Shown here: positions 27,855 through 37,301 of the stretch, in pieces
How positions within the stretch are numbered: the stretch's first letter is position 1
How the letters are laid out: every line of letters begins with the position of its first letter
NCBI GenBank assembly: GCA_964639665.1
Contig: CAZXEU010000029.1
Coordinates: forward strand, 1-54,275
Direction of reading: 5' to 3'
DNA from: an uncultured Rhodothermaceae bacterium
GTDB lineage: Bacteria > Bacteroidota > Rhodothermia > Rhodothermales > Bin80
DNA: 54,275 bases
The notes under the pieces: model-generated
What the model saw: the letters and a program-made list of their open reading frames with translations, nothing else
Database searches by the model: none
What the model was told of the DNA's origin: nothing
Position numbers and translations under genes: made by a program

Positions 27855-29624
27855 ATGACCTTCGACATGGTATTCGTGCTGGCGGTTGCCGGGCTCGCCC
27901 TGGTCCTCTTCGCCATGGATCGAATTCGGGTCGACCAGCTTTCCATGGCGGTTCCGGTCGTGCTGTTGCTTGGGGGTGTAATCGGCCCTCGCGAAGCTTT
28001 CGCTGGCCTTTCAAGCGATGCAACGGTGACGGTTGCGGCGATGCTCGTGCTGGGTCTCGGACTCAGCAACACCGGCCTGGTATCGGCTATCGCAGTGTGG
28101 GCCCGAACAGCTCCGCTCGGCGGCAAGACGACACGGTTGTTCGCACTCTGCGTCCTGGTCGCCTTGCTCTCGCCGTTTCTCAATAACACGGCCGTTGTGA
28201 TCGTGTTTATCCCGGTCTTCCTGGCACTTGCCGAGCAGGCTGAGGAGCCCGCTTCACTGTACTTGATGCCGCTCTCGTTCATGGCCATTATGGGCGGCAC
28301 CGTCACGCTGATTGGCACTTCGACCAATCTCATCGTGCACGGAGAGGCGGTGGCCCTTGGATTCGATGAGCTGACCATGTTCTCGATTGCCCCGCTGGGA
28401 ATTATCTACCTGGTGGTTGGGACCATCTACCTTTTCACGGCCGGCCGGCGATTGATGCCTGCCAGGGAGCGCGCACCCGACTTGTCCAGGCGCTATGGCG
28501 TGCGGCGATATGTTTCGGAGCTCCGGGTTGGGCCTAAGTCGCAGGCCGTTGGACGCTCCCTTCCCGATCTGCGCTGGCAGGAGCGATTCAAGGTCACCAT
28601 CCTCGGGATAGAGCGGGACGGAATGGAGATACCACTTCCGACGTCGGATCTCGCCATTTTGGCCGGCGATATCCTGCATGCCCAGGGTGCGGTCAAGGAC
28701 CTGTTGAGATTGGTACGACGTCAGAACCTGGACAATTTGCACGAAAGCAGGAGCCTGAAAAATATCCCGGCCGGCCGGCTCGTGGAGCTCCTCGTGGGAC
28801 CGGGATCTGTGCTCGTAGGCCAGACCCTGCGCGATTTGTCTTTCGCCCAGCGATTCAATGCTACGGTCCTTGGGGTGCAACACCACAGCACTGCGTTCGC
28901 CGACCGGCTGGCGCAAAGGGAATTCTCCGTGGGGGACATGCTTCTGGTGCGGGGCAAACCCTCCGATCTTCAACTTCTTGCAGAGGAGCCGGGAATAATA
29001 CCCCTGGCCGAAATCGAGCATCCTGTCGCGAGCCGGCCTCGCGCGGCATTCGCCGCCTCCATCATGGTTGGCGTGATTGTGCTTGCCTCTACCGATGTTT
29101 TCCCCATTTCGACTGCGGCGCTTGCGGGCGCCGCTCTGATGGTGTTCACGGGATGCGTCCAGATGCGTGAAGTCTATCAGGATCTCGACTGGATGGTAGT
29201 ATTCATCATGGCAGGGCTCATTCCACTGGGACTTGCGATGGAAAGCACAGGCGCCGTAGCGTGGCTGGCCTCCGGCGTGGTCGACGCCACGTTTGTTCTG
29301 GGAGAGACGGGTATCATAGCTGCCTTTTACCTGCTTACCGCTACCATGACTGCCGTGGTCGCGAACACGGCAACCGCCGTGATGCTGACGCCCGTGGCCA
29401 TCGCTGTGGCCGAGACTACCGGGCTGAATCCCTATGCCCTTCTTGTGGCGGTCATGTTCGGCGCCTCGGCTTCCTTCGTGACCCCCTTCGGTTACAAGAC
29501 CAACGTCATGATCTACGCCGTGGGCGGATACCGCTTCATGGATTTCGTGAAAGTGGGCGGCATACTCAACTTGCTCCTGGCGCTGGTGGCCATTTTGTTC
29601 ATCCCGATAATGTGGCCGAGCTGA
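27855..29624 (+). CDS. SLC13/DASS-family permease with two RCK_C domains
   Basis: FLNNTAVV, MGGTVTLIGTSTN, two RCK_C repeats, TPFGYKTN, GGYRFMDF. Confidence 0.92.
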   Translation: MTFDMVFVLAVAGLALVLFAMDRIRVDQLSMAVPVVLLLGGVIGPREAFAGLSSDATVTVAAMLVLGLGLSNTGLVSAIAVWARTAPLGGKTTRLFALCVLVALLSPFLNNTAVVIVFIPVFLALAEQAEEPASLYLMPLSFMAIMGGTVTLIGTSTNLIVHGEAVALGFDELTMFSIAPLGIIYLVVGTIYLFTAGRRLMPARERAPDLSRRYGVRRYVSELRVGPKSQAVGRSLPDLRWQERFKVTILGIERDGMEIPLPTSDLAILAGDILHAQGAVKDLLRLVRRQNLDNLHESRSLKNIPAGRLVELLVGPGSVLVGQTLRDLSFAQRFNATVLGVQHHSTAFADRLAQREFSVGDMLLVRGKPSDLQLLAEEPGIIPLAEIEHPVASRPRAAFAASIMVGVIVLASTDVFPISTAALAGAALMVFTGCVQMREVYQDLDWMVVFIMAGLIPLGLAMESTGAVAWLASGVVDATFVLGETGIIAAFYLLTATMTAVVANTATAVMLTPVAIAVAETTGLNPYALLVAVMFGASASFVTPFGYKTNVMIYAVGGYRFMDFVKVGGILNLLLALVAILFIPIMWPS

Positions 29625-29995
29625 GATTCGGGGGATCTTCGGGCAGTCCGGACGCGGTTAGCCGCTTGTGCGGCGCGGCCTCTAGGCGTGCGCGCAATGC
29701 CGCTTCTTCCAGTTAACCGCCCCTTCCCGCAATGAAGGCGGTGCCGGGCCGCCGTCCTTCGTGAACTACGGGGCTCGAGCTACGGCTCTCGTGTCCGAAT
29801 ACCCGCGGCATATTGCGCCGCCCCGAAGGCAGATTCCCGACTCATCCGGCTATAAGGCCTTTCGGCTTCAGTGACTATCGACGGCATTCGGGCTTTGTCT
29901 TGGCCGCAGGAATTGAACAGGAGTCGGGGCCAACCCTCGGATACCTGCCGCAGAACGCAGAAGCCCCGGCAGCAGCTACAAACAGGGTGCCGCGC

Positions 29996-31669
29996 CTACC
30001 GGGCGCCTTCGTGCGCGGCAGCAACGGCGTCCAAGAGCTTGCCGTCTCGCAGATCTTCGTCGATCGCCAGAATAATGCCGTTCCCGTCTACAAGAATCGG
30101 CCTCGGGAAGCTGGTTATCTCAAACAGGTCTCTGACAGAATTGTCGTCCTCCCGGGCCACGCGGGTATGAAGCCAAGGCATGGGATACCGGTCTTCCCGA
30201 AACTGCTCGATATCCACAGGGTCATCAAGAAATGCAACGCTGACGATTTCGAATCCGGATTCGTGGTACTCATCGTACGCCTCGTTCAGGTGCGGTATTT
30301 CCTCGATACAAGGCGCACACCATGTGCCCCAAAAATCGAGCAGATACACCTGGCCTCGAAGACCTGCATTCGTGAATGTGACGCCGGGATCATCAAACGA
30401 AACAAAAGAAAACTGAGGCACCGGATTACCTGCCTGCAACCTTCTTTCCGGATCGAAGTCGCGACGCGCAAGCTCTGCCTGCCGCGTATCGGCATGCGAA
30501 TCCTGGAGGATGGAATAGTACAGCCATTTTGTCTTCTCATCCTCCTCGCTGTTTGCGTAATACAGCCCATGGTAGAGAAACTGCGCCCGGACATCCGGAT
30601 CGGGATGGTCCTCGGTCACACGCCGCACGTAGTTGCTCAGCAATTCCCTGCCCTTCAGTTTGCGGGAGATCTGGTACATGATGTTGGATGCGCCGACCGG
30701 ACTCCAGGCTTCATAAGACCAGAGCGGCGAATCCGCCGGAATGGTTTCAAGGGCTTCGCGGGCAAAGCGCCTGCCACCACCGCCGAAAGGGAATACGGGC
30801 GGCAGCTCGTCGAAGTAGCGCAGTAGATACCACTGCCGGACTAGGGGATCTCGCTCATCTGCAATCTGCTTCCTGATGGCTCTTCGTTCCCGGCTTCCAA
30901 CGACAATGTACTGGACTGCATTGCCGGTGCCCCCGATCCGACGCTCCCGTTCCTCAATGTCGAGGTAGACATTGGCAATCCTCGCGATCACGGGTGGATC
31001 GGAAGAGACCGACAGGCCAGCCTCGTGCTGAGGGAGAGCCGAAACATCAAACGTGATGTCCACAAAAGAATCACCTCCCACATCCACGACGCTGAAGTAA
31101 TCACCTTCAGTGCCCCAGAAGGGACCCGAATCATCAAAGACAATCCGGTCCTGCTCCGTGCCCGCCGTCATCTTGTCCGTGCTAAACTCGGAAGCCTTGG
31201 AACCATATCGAATACGGTAAGCCAGTGTATCGGCATAGGCATTCAGGCGGACAGCATACGTCCCGTTAGGCCGACGCTGCATCAGCACTGCTTCATCAGA
31301 CGTAGCCAAGGCCGCGTATAGCGTATCAGGCGACATAGCAAACGGGTTCGCCCGAAGCCGGATATGCAGCGCCACCTTGTCCTGATCCGTTAGGATGAGG
31401 GGCATTTCCTGGGTCTCGTGATGCACTCCGGTCGCGTACAGGCCGTATCCTCCCGGTTCATCCAGCGTGAAGGCGAAGTGCCCGGCACTATCCACCGGGA
31501 CTACCAGGCTCGTGTCACGCGGGCCGTTCTGAATGACGAGGCGGGCAGCGACCATAGGATCGCCGTCCCCCTGAAGAAGAGTCCCAGTTAGGTCAATCTG
31601 AGCAAATGCGATCGCCGGTGACGCCAGCAGGCTAGCAGCCGCCAGGCGAGTGAAGGAAAGCCTCATCAT
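29996..31669 (-). CDS. Exported TlpA/ResA-family thiol-disulfide oxidoreductase with long N-terminal region
   Basis: C-terminal LLDFWGTWCAPC...EIP...FPRPILVD thioredoxin domain. Signal peptide MMRLSF...AFA-Q. Confidence 0.85.
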   Translation of the reverse strand: MMRLSFTRLAAASLLASPAIAFAQIDLTGTLLQGDGDPMVAARLVIQNGPRDTSLVVPVDSAGHFAFTLDEPGGYGLYATGVHHETQEMPLILTDQDKVALHIRLRANPFAMSPDTLYAALATSDEAVLMQRRPNGTYAVRLNAYADTLAYRIRYGSKASEFSTDKMTAGTEQDRIVFDDSGPFWGTEGDYFSVVDVGGDSFVDITFDVSALPQHEAGLSVSSDPPVIARIANVYLDIEERERRIGGTGNAVQYIVVGSRERRAIRKQIADERDPLVRQWYLLRYFDELPPVFPFGGGGRRFAREALETIPADSPLWSYEAWSPVGASNIMYQISRKLKGRELLSNYVRRVTEDHPDPDVRAQFLYHGLYYANSEEDEKTKWLYYSILQDSHADTRQAELARRDFDPERRLQAGNPVPQFSFVSFDDPGVTFTNAGLRGQVYLLDFWGTWCAPCIEEIPHLNEAYDEYHESGFEIVSVAFLDDPVDIEQFREDRYPMPWLHTRVAREDDNSVRDLFEITSFPRPILVDGNGIILAIDEDLRDGKLLDAVAAAHEGAR

Positions 31670-31910
31670 GGTGCGGCAAAGTACTTCCGTCGAATGGCAA
31701 CTGCACGCCAAGGGCCCGAAGGCATACGAATGACAAGCGTCCGCCTCCCTGAACCAAGGGATTAGTCAAATTCAAACTCCGGCGAAAGGAGTGCATTTCA
31801 CACTGCGGGTCAACCAGGCTAGTCACGGGCTCGGTAGCCAGATTAGTATACCGGAGCCCGCGCGCAATTGTTACGTGGAAGAGCGCACGGTTCAGCGCCG
31901 TGTCTTCCGA

Positions 31911-33566
31911 TCACTTGAGGAGCTGCCCGCCAAGGCGCACAATCGCAACGCGCTGCAATTTGTCAGCATACGTAAATACTCCGATCGCCAGCGAATCGCT
32001 GAAGCGCATGGCCCCGAAGCCATCCGGGAACACGATCCTCTGAAAGCCCGGGCTTCTGCTTGTCAAGGAGACGCTCCGCCAGAGCCGCCCGTAGCCCAGC
32101 GCGTGATGCGAACCGTCAAACTCCTGAATCCATACCCGGCCGGCTGAGCAGCGAACGTCGATGCCAAGGGGAGTCTCCGCCGGCAAGTGCTCGCCCACTT
32201 GAGCCAGCAATCCTTCGGCAGCACGGTCAACCTCTGCGTCGCTGATGCCATCCTGCTTGAATTCCAGAAGGATAGCAGCACGGAGATATGCCAGGTATTC
32301 CTCACGCGAGAACGGTCGTCCGGTCCATGGCAGCTGGATCCGGACCGGTTCTCCGGAATGTTCGGGGGCATAAAGAAGAAGGCTGCGATCCACTGGGTCA
32401 AGGACCGCCACGCGTCCGTCCGGACAACGGTCCCACAAGGGCACCGGGGCAGGCCCTATGGCAGAGACGTGGTCTGCAGCTCCGGCAAGGTCCCTGGCGA
32501 AGTCTACGAGCACCCGCGGCTCCGCCCTTCCATCCTCCACGCGCAGGACCCTGCCATTCCAGAAACCCCCGGCCCCTGAAATTCCGCCGGGATACGCGGC
32601 AAGTATGTGCCCAGCGCCCTCTACCACAACTCGAAACGGGTCCCCGAACGACACGCCCCGGATATCCGCCCTCACGAAACCTTCCACCGCGAATGGAGCT
32701 GGTGATGAAGCCATGAAATCGCCCTTCTGATCAAACGTCAAGAGCGAGCGAGTGCCAAAATCCCAAACCACTACGTCACCCGCAGTTGGTGCATCTGTCA
32801 GCGCCCAGGGATTTGTGAGTTCTCCCGGCCCCTTGCCGTTGGCCCCGAATTCACCAAGCATGCGACCGTATCTGTCATATCCACGGAGGTAGGGTGCTTC
32901 TGCTGTGAGCACCCAGATACCCCCGTCAGATTCGAGAATGTCGCGCACGTCCCACAGCTTCTGGCCTTCCTCAAACACATGAAGCGCCGTCGAGGGTAAT
33001 TCCACCGTTGATATGCCAGAATCAGCCGGAGCGCAGGATCCGACAAGAATAGATCCCAAACCAAGCAGCGGGAGCGCCGGAGATCGCAGCGAGAAGCGCC
33101 TTTGCAGGAGCAGGCTGACCAGCGCAGCAGCAGAGGCCACGGCGAATGCCAATACTGGCGCCGGGGGCGCTGCCGCAGGAGGCGCCATGGTCCAAGAACC
33201 TCCCATCACCAATAGTAGGCCTGATCCCAGTGTCGCTGTGCATGCGGCAAAGCCCGCAAACATACCGAACCGCTCGCGCCATGCATTTGCTGAGACGGGC
33301 TCATTCTCCTCGTCCTGCAGAGCTAGCATGATCGCATCTACCCCTGACTCCGGCAGTGGGGAATCGGAAGAGCCAATTTGCCTGATCGCGCTTACCAGGC
33401 GCAGGAGCTCTATTGTTTCCTGGCCGCGGGCTACGCTGGTATTGTCGGCTTCCTGCTCCACCTCACCGTCCACAACAGCCGAGACTAGCCGATCGGTCGC
33501 GTTCGCGTCCATCCCGGCGTCCACGGCAGATCGCCTCAGGAGCAGTGTGCGCATTCTCTTGATCAT
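31911..33566 (-). CDS. Putative anti-sigma factor fused to an extracytoplasmic 6-bladed/NHL-like beta-propeller
   Basis: Directly follows the ECF sigma gene. N-terminal LVSAVVDGEV (like anti-sigma LSAYLDGEL), two TMs, signal-like segment ending in VGS-C178, then YDRYGRMLGEFGANGKGPGELTNP. Confidence 0.65.
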   Translation of the reverse strand: MIKRMRTLLLRRSAVDAGMDANATDRLVSAVVDGEVEQEADNTSVARGQETIELLRLVSAIRQIGSSDSPLPESGVDAIMLALQDEENEPVSANAWRERFGMFAGFAACTATLGSGLLLVMGGSWTMAPPAAAPPAPVLAFAVASAAALVSLLLQRRFSLRSPALPLLGLGSILVGSCAPADSGISTVELPSTALHVFEEGQKLWDVRDILESDGGIWVLTAEAPYLRGYDRYGRMLGEFGANGKGPGELTNPWALTDAPTAGDVVVWDFGTRSLLTFDQKGDFMASSPAPFAVEGFVRADIRGVSFGDPFRVVVEGAGHILAAYPGGISGAGGFWNGRVLRVEDGRAEPRVLVDFARDLAGAADHVSAIGPAPVPLWDRCPDGRVAVLDPVDRSLLLYAPEHSGEPVRIQLPWTGRPFSREEYLAYLRAAILLEFKQDGISDAEVDRAAEGLLAQVGEHLPAETPLGIDVRCSAGRVWIQEFDGSHHALGYGRLWRSVSLTSRSPGFQRIVFPDGFGAMRFSDSLAIGVFTYADKLQRVAIVRLGGQLLK

Positions 33567-33583
33567 CTTTTTCCGTGTTAGTG

Positions 33584-34144
33584 TTACTGAATCCTCTCGG
33601 CGAGGCCGCTCATTCGGCGCAGCTTCTTTAGTCCCCGGTGAACAAGCGAGCGTACCGACGCCTCTTTCACATCCAGGATGTGTGCAACTTCTGCCGTTTT
33701 CCTGCCCTCGATGATCCTGAGCACTATGGCATCGCGCTCCCGGGCAGTAAGGCGTTCGAGCGCTGCATAGAGGGCCGCTGCCTGCTGCCGGTGAATGTGC
33801 ACCTCCGCCGGTCCGGAGCCGGAGTCTTGCAGGTCGCCGATATCATCAAGGCGGACCGGCCTTACGCCGCGTCCTTTGCGAGCCTCCATCCTGCAGACAT
33901 TCCTGCATACTGCCAAAGCCCAGCCGAGAAATGACCCGGTCCCTGAAAAGCGGGCGCGCTTTTGGTATATGTGAATCCAGCTGGCTTGCAGCAGATCGGC
34001 CGCGTGCGCATCATCCCGCGCGTAATTGCGGACTAGGTGGAGCAGGCGCGGCGACATTTCCCGCACCAGTTTCCGGAAAAGCGCATGGTCTCCGGCGTAT
34101 AACAGCTCGTGGTCAACGGTCGCCATGCCAGCGTGGGGGTTCAT
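33584..34144 (-). CDS. ECF RNA polymerase sigma factor
   Basis: Region 2 AADLLQASW...SFLGW...RN; region 4 ALERLTARERDAIVLR...EVAHIL...SVRSLVHRG. Confidence 0.92.
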   Translation of the reverse strand: MNPHAGMATVDHELLYAGDHALFRKLVREMSPRLLHLVRNYARDDAHAADLLQASWIHIYQKRARFSGTGSFLGWALAVCRNVCRMEARKGRGVRPVRLDDIGDLQDSGSGPAEVHIHRQQAAALYAALERLTARERDAIVLRIIEGRKTAEVAHILDVKEASVRSLVHRGLKKLRRMSGLAERIQ

Positions 34145-34878
34145 CGGGCTCCGCTTTGCCTCAGGCGCGTGACTCCGATGAGGATCCCGGCAAGTGCAAG
34201 CGGCAGACAGAGCGGGAGCAAGAGTAGCAGGCCTTCCCAGGCTCCGTTGTATGCAACCAATTCGCTTGCAAGTATCGCTGGAATCCAGAAGGATATCATG
34301 AGCAGACCGCCTGCAAGCCAGCGGGCAGCATAGCGGCTCCAGGAAGACATTGCGCGAGAAAGTCGGCCGGTCGATTCCCCCAGTGCGGCCGCCACGATGA
34401 CGAAGGCCGCGTTGGCCATCGGCACGTAGAACTGCACCAGCACATTGCCTGCCCTGCGCAAATGGCGCGCGGCATCAGCGCCTGATGAAGCTTCAGCGGC
34501 TGCTTGTTCGGCCCTTGCAACATGGAGCAGGGAGGCGGGGAATCCCCAGTTCGAGCCGGTCCACCCGGCGAGCATAGGCTCTACGAGTGCGCCAAAGCCG
34601 TACGCTGCAAGCGACAATCCGAAGAGTAGTGCCCAGTTGCGACGCGCAGACCCGGCTCCAGATGTCCCCCAAAAGCCGAATCCGTGCATGGCACTGGCAA
34701 ACACGGCTGGAGGGAGAACGAGCGCAACGAAACCCGGAAGATTCTCGGCCAACATGCCAAGGAATCGCGCGACAGGATCGGGCTGGCCCCAAAAGTGGGT
34801 TGCGGAGTAAACGACAAAAACTGTCAGCAGGGCAGCTACCCAATGTCCGGCGCGTCGGAGGAATTCGTATCGGGTCAT
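34141..34878 (-). CDS. Hypothetical multi-pass membrane protein, translationally coupled to the ECF sigma
   Basis: About six hydrophobic segments; ATGA overlap at 34141-34144. Start at 34878 or 34938. Confidence 0.7.
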   Translation of the reverse strand: MTRYEFLRRAGHWVAALLTVFVVYSATHFWGQPDPVARFLGMLAENLPGFVALVLPPAVFASAMHGFGFWGTSGAGSARRNWALLFGLSLAAYGFGALVEPMLAGWTGSNWGFPASLLHVARAEQAAAEASSGADAARHLRRAGNVLVQFYVPMANAAFVIVAAALGESTGRLSRAMSSWSRYAARWLAGGLLMISFWIPAILASELVAYNGAWEGLLLLLPLCLPLALAGILIGVTRLRQSGAR

Positions 34879-35492
34879 CTGCTCATTCGTGCGGCAATGG
34901 TGAATGGCTTGTTCCAAGCTCACGTTGTCTATTTGCAACTACTATAGAGATGCCAAATCTGGCTGGTGCGTTGCAAGTCGCCAGGATACCCGCACAATAA
35001 GCCTTGCACGAAATGGCTGGTCTCCTTGACGCGTGCCTGCCGAAGGCTACGAGGATTGGCACATGCCCGGCTGAGCTCCGGAACGAGCCCGTTTGGATCG
35101 ATGAGCGCTGGCGCTACCGGGCCCCCTACGGCGTGGAGCTGGCTACGTAGTCGAATTAATGGGGCCTGCAGCACATTGGCAGCTTTTGGACTGGACGTTG
35201 GCCCATTCCGGCTACCTACGATGCGACAGTTTCCGAGCCCCCTACACCAGGCCTATTAGCCAGGCAGAAGCAGCCCACCCACGTTTGGCCTGATCCATGC
35301 ATTCAGGAGCGGGGCGCGCGGAACCGGCTCCAGGCTGGCGTGCCACGTAAGGTCAGGATTTGTCGCGGACCCGCATAGCAGCCCCGGTCTAACCACGCGC
35401 GTCCACGATTCAATCGGCCTTCGGCCCTTGGCCACGCCGCGTCCCGACCTGAACAACACGAGAGAGATGCGCTTCTTCGTCCGGACCCAGAA

Positions 35493-36179
35493 CTAGAATT
35501 CAAACGCAACGCCCAGGTGAGGAACAAGCAAATCGGTCGCAGATCGCTCCGTGTCAAACGTCAACGTTCCCCCGGTCCGCATGATGGCGCCTTCAGTCAG
35601 GTACTCGGCCGAGCCGCCCACCAGATACCTGAAGCCCAGACCGACTCGGACCGTCCCCTCCTGCGACTGATGTACCCGGATCTTCAGTCCTGCCCCGATG
35701 CCATAACTGAGCGCCGCATCGTCAAAGTTCTTGGTAGAGGCAATTCGCTCATCCTCGCTGCCCCGATCGTCCTCTACGGTGGTTTCCGTGAACAGGTAAT
35801 TGAATCCCAGAAGGCCGTCCAGGTAGGGCTGCACGCGACTCCGGGGCGGCTGTAGACGGAGCACCAGATGGCCGGAAGCTATGTTGTTGTTTGTCTCGAC
35901 CTCCACCGTCACGTCAGGGATCGTCAGACTGAACGGTACGTGGCGGCGCTCGACCCCGTAAACCAGGAAGGTCCCCGTCAGGCCGACCACCAGGGGAGTG
36001 CCCTCCAGGCCAACGCCGCCAAACATGGTAATCCCAAACCCGGGGTTGGTAACGTGGTCACTGAATTCGCCCTGGGGAAGTCCCAGGGCAAAGTCGACGC
36101 TGAACTCCGGGCGAACTTGTGCAGAGCTGCCTGCGGCCAGACCGCAGCAAAGAACGGAAATGGCGATAAATCTGTGCAT
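35493..36179 (-). CDS. Outer-membrane beta-barrel protein (OmpA/OmpW-like size)
   Basis: Signal peptide MHRFIAISVL...SSA-Q, VQPYLDG, YGIGAG, C-terminal beta-signal LGVAFEF. Confidence 0.8.
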   Translation of the reverse strand: MHRFIAISVLCCGLAAGSSAQVRPEFSVDFALGLPQGEFSDHVTNPGFGITMFGGVGLEGTPLVVGLTGTFLVYGVERRHVPFSLTIPDVTVEVETNNNIASGHLVLRLQPPRSRVQPYLDGLLGFNYLFTETTVEDDRGSEDERIASTKNFDDAALSYGIGAGLKIRVHQSQEGTVRVGLGFRYLVGGSAEYLTEGAIMRTGGTLTFDTERSATDLLVPHLGVAFEF

Positions 36180-36247
36180 GTCGCGAATTGGATGTCGATG
36201 CATGTGGTTACGCCATTGCCGCCGCGAAACGTGCAAAAGTATTGCAT

Positions 36248-37252
36248 TTACGCGTTAACATCGACGACCGCGCGCCCGGATGTCTGGCCGTCCAGCATTC
36301 TGACCGCGTGTGATTTCACTGCTGCCAGGGGAAGCACACATTCTGCTATACGGTCAAGGATATCGGCGGTAACCAACCCTGCCAGCCGGCTCCAGGCCTC
36401 TCGCCGCAGGGCCATCGGGGGAAAGTTGGAATCAATGCCCAGGACACTGATGCCACGCAGGATGAACGGGAATACGGTCGTCTCCAGACCGTGACCAGTG
36501 ACGTTGCCGCAAGCGGCAACTACGCCGTGCCGGGCCAGTCGGCTGATGATTGCCGCAAGTGTAGGACCGCCCAATGTGTCCACGGCACCCGCGTGGCGTG
36601 CTGATTCAAGAGGGCGCTTCGCACCCCGCCCCAGCTCATCTCGGTGGATGATGCGGGAGGCCCCGAGCGCTGTCAGCGTGGGCCCGGCCCTCCTGTTGCC
36701 CGTCGAAGCCACTACCTCGTACCCCAGAAGCGAGAGAATCGCAGTGGCAAGACTGCCTACGCCGCCCGATGCACCGGTAACGACTACCTCACCGCCTTCC
36801 GGCCCGAGACCGTGCCGCTCCAGGGCCATGACAGCAAGCATGGCCGTCAGACCCGCCGTGCCCAGCACCATACTGCCCATCGGCGAGACCTCGTCCGGCA
36901 AATGCACGAGCGTATCAGCGGAAACGCGTTGCCGCTGGCTGAATCCTCCCCACTCATACTCTCCCAGTCCTCCTCCGGTCTGCACTACAGAATCCCCTGT
37001 CGAGAAACTGTCGGACGATGAGTGCACAACTCTGCCCACAAGATCGATTCCAGGTACAAACGGAAACGGGGCCCGCACAATCTTGCCTTTGCCCGTCACC
37101 GCCAGGGCATCCTTGTAATTCACGCTGGAATAGAGGACTTCCACTTCTACAGCATGATCAGGCAGTGCGGAGGACTCGAGATGCCGGACCAAGGCTTCTC
37201 CGGAAGATTCGAGCACCAGAGCGCGAAACGGCTGCGAGTCGGGACTTGACAT
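36248..37252 (-). CDS. acuI: Acryloyl-CoA reductase / YhdH-family MDR oxidoreductase
   Basis: YSSVNYKDALA, PGIDLVG, GTAGLTA, VTGASGGVGS, TVFPFILRG...GIDS. ATG 37252. Confidence 0.85.
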   Translation of the reverse strand: MSSPDSQPFRALVLESSGEALVRHLESSALPDHAVEVEVLYSSVNYKDALAVTGKGKIVRAPFPFVPGIDLVGRVVHSSSDSFSTGDSVVQTGGGLGEYEWGGFSQRQRVSADTLVHLPDEVSPMGSMVLGTAGLTAMLAVMALERHGLGPEGGEVVVTGASGGVGSLATAILSLLGYEVVASTGNRRAGPTLTALGASRIIHRDELGRGAKRPLESARHAGAVDTLGGPTLAAIISRLARHGVVAACGNVTGHGLETTVFPFILRGISVLGIDSNFPPMALRREAWSRLAGLVTADILDRIAECVLPLAAVKSHAVRMLDGQTSGRAVVDVNA

Positions 37253-37301
37253 AGTGCGCGCGCGTTGCAACGTTAGAAGAAGATCATCAGCTAAGCCTCC
37301 C

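Noticed and set aside
24728-29894. 12-bp direct repeat GGCATTCGGGCT flanking the two SLC13 genes (24728-24739, 29883-29894)
   Set aside because: 12-mer matches are expected by chance in 54 kb, and there is no integrase or tRNA to support att sites.
34940-35492. Short ORFs in the gap between the membrane protein and the OMP
   Set aside because: They have no recognisable motif or convincing start context.
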